A stretch of 64,000 bases of DNA from Schizochytrium sp. TIO01 (lineage: Eukaryota; Protista; Bigyra: Labyrinthulomycetes): NCBI GenBank assembly GCA_004764695.1, contig SMSO01000014.1:5880029-5944028 (forward strand), read 5' to 3'. Both the position numbers and the translations under genes were made by a program. The first letter of the stretch is position 1; every line of letters begins with the position of its first letter. Positions 61,510-64,000 of the stretch are shown here, piece after piece. Under the pieces are notes generated by a model, which saw nothing but the letters and a program-made list of their open reading frames with translations, did not search any database and had not been told where the DNA came from.

Positions 61510-64000
61510 ACACCATGGTCCATTCAGGTTACAGACATAACAGCAAACAAATGCAGAGCTGAAGATGTGAGCGAGCTTCCGCAAGTAAGTCGCTGCTCTT
61601 GCTGTTATGTTACTCTTGTTGCTGCTGCTGAGAAACTGGGAAACACTCTTAAAATGTAATGTCTCTGGGTCGCGATTTAGCAGTGAGGATGAACGCGGGA
61701 CTCTCGGCACAGTGCTGGCTGCCTGCAAGCAACCCCGGTGAGCTTTGAAGACGACGCCAAAGCTCACCATGCCAAAATGGCGGCTGCTGACATTGCACGA
61801 TTGTCACGGTAGTAGTAGTAGGAGGAGGAGCGTCTATTGTTGAGGAGACACCATCGTATCTATCTTCTTGATCAAAATACTCATTCACATTCAATGCTGT
61901 TCCTAGCACTACAGAGCAAACTACAGAGCAAACTACAGAGTACCTACCTACCTGAGGCTATCTCCAGAATGTGTGATTGTTTTGGCTTGAGTGAGTTTTG
62001 GCCCAAGTTGCTAGAAGATCTTAGCGTATTACCTCTGACCAGAAAGAGCGAAAAGGAAGGTGGTGCCACAAGACCAATTCGCCACGCTGTCCCCTGGAAG
62101 TTCGGAAATTATCTTCGTCGTAGCTATACAACTTTGGGTGTAGCATTTTATCATTTCATCAATGGCCAAGCCAAAGAACCAGCGAATAGGAATGATGAGA
62201 TTATCTCCTAAGCATGGTTTTGCCAGCATCAGAACCGTCTGCCAGACAAGGCTAATAATAAGAAGCAATCGGTGACTGGGGCAAATATTGTGGACTGGAA
62301 GATAGGCATCATCACGATCGCCTTGAGATGAATGAATGAGGGAAAATATGATTAGAGCGTACCTGAGGAACTTCGAACGCTGCAACGTGTCACGATGAGC
62401 CACTTTAAGCAACTTTCTGCCAAGAGAGGAACTTATCTAGCTAACCGTATACTACAAATTGAATAGTTAGAAAAAAGCTAAAGCGTACTTCGAGAGGTAG
62501 AGATAGATTCATATATTTTAGAGAGCGAGCTAGTGTTTACTAGCGCTTTGGGTCGTGCCAATCTTCTGACAAATGCTCAGAGTTCGGCGGTATAAGAGCC
62601 CCAATTAGAGCCAGGACTCTGGTAATACATTTTATCATGCAGCAGCTTTAAGTTAAGATGCTCATCCGCTCATGCATTCCTCTTGATTTCGGCCGAGAAG
62701 AGGCGAGACTTCTATTTTCAATCCAAACAGTCTTGTAAATGGACGAAACTTCCAAAGTATGAGTATGCCCCCTCCCCCATGTAACGGAGTTAGGTCATGC
62801 AAAGCCGAGCAAAGAGGAACTTCACGATATGAATAGCATCTGTCTTGCAAAGGGTGCCAGGGGATGGGGATATGTATATATAGCCCCATAGTCCTTTATC
62901 TCTGTCTATTTCCAACAAAAAAAAAAAAATCGAAACTGAAGCATCAACCTTGTCAGAAGAATTATATTTTCGCTATAGAGTTTGAATTATCCTTTAATCG
63001 TATAATAAAGAATTGCTCATATCAGGATTTGCCTACTTCACAATTATGGGCTTTGCTTGCTTGTTAACAAAGTAACATACTGACGTCTTGAAGTTATGAA
63101 AGCCACGCTCAAAACAGAGTGTCTAGCCGCTTTATGCCCAATGCTTCGAGCAATGCCTACTAGGATTTTCAAAATAAAGTGGCTTCTCTACTTCTGCTGT
63201 TAACTGGCCTTTTTTATAAAGAATCAACAACATGAACAAGTTAAGTCTGAGATACTCTGCTTCGCTACGGACCAATGATAGACATATATTCCAACCTTCT
63301 TTGCGATTATTGGGTAGAACTCAAGCTAGCAAAGCGCAAATTCTCTCAAGAATGCAAACGGGTTCATTTAAGATGATGAAAATTCGTATCCCTCAATCGA
63401 GCAACAATATAGTTAGTAATTACGCATGTAGCGCTAATAATGATTCGATCAGGAGAGCTGCAATAATCAAACTTTGAAAACTGAAGCATCTTCATTCTGG
63501 ACGAATCATATGAATTCAGATCTAGACTACTAGTTAAAAAGAAGAACAAGACTAATATTCCTTGTGAAATTGTGAAAAATGTTTATATCGCAGTTCGCTT
63601 TCCGAGGCTACAAATTGATTACAAGGACCTACAATGCAAACTACTACATCGTACAGAAGAAGCTTCGCCCACTAATACGCCTTATAAAAACTTTTCAAAA
63701 ACAAATTCGTCTGTTTCACAGCTTCAACACCTGCACTTTCTCGCACAAGCAAGAAATTACTTCTTTTCCCATTTTTCATTTAATTTAGTCGTGACATTGT
63801 CAGCCCGTCAATCAAATTGTTTAAACTTCTTATACTGACTATTTACTTTTGTGCTTCAACGTGTTTGTCGTTGAGTCTAATGAGGTATCACCATTACAGG
63901 TTCAGACCTGATGCTGGACTATCTTGTGCATAGCCATTACGAAAAAAGTACTTATGAAATGTCCAGGATTGTCATAATATCAAGGAGCACACTAAGCAAA

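Overview
Eukaryotic genomic DNA: GT-AG introns, AT-rich spacers and dense tetranucleotide microsatellites. The style suggests a stramenopile/thraustochytrid-like protist, but that is inference. The first 25 kb holds six genes: (1-2) a head-to-head pair of V-ATPase accessory-subunit homologues (ATP6AP1/Ac45-like on -, ATP6AP2/prorenin-receptor-like on +); (3) a membrane-anchored papain-family protease; (4) a ~1100-aa gene, split by a single +1 frameshift, that fuses importin-alpha-like ARM repeats to an IpaH/SspH-type NEL E3-ligase domain with an intact CxD motif and a possible U-box-like tail; (5) a 19-exon RI-like LRR gene built almost one repeat per 84-bp phase-2 exon, missed by the ORF track; (6) a 3R-MYB transcription factor. 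The remaining ~39 kb has no recognisable host gene. It is interrupted by an intact 6.2-kb DNA transposon (20-bp TIRs starting GGCTC, perfect 8-bp TSD) encoding a 1844-aa DDE/DxxH transposase fused to a Ulp1-like protease. The best candidate for an undescribed system is the importin-alpha-NEL fusion. All homology calls come from reading motifs by eye, not database searches.
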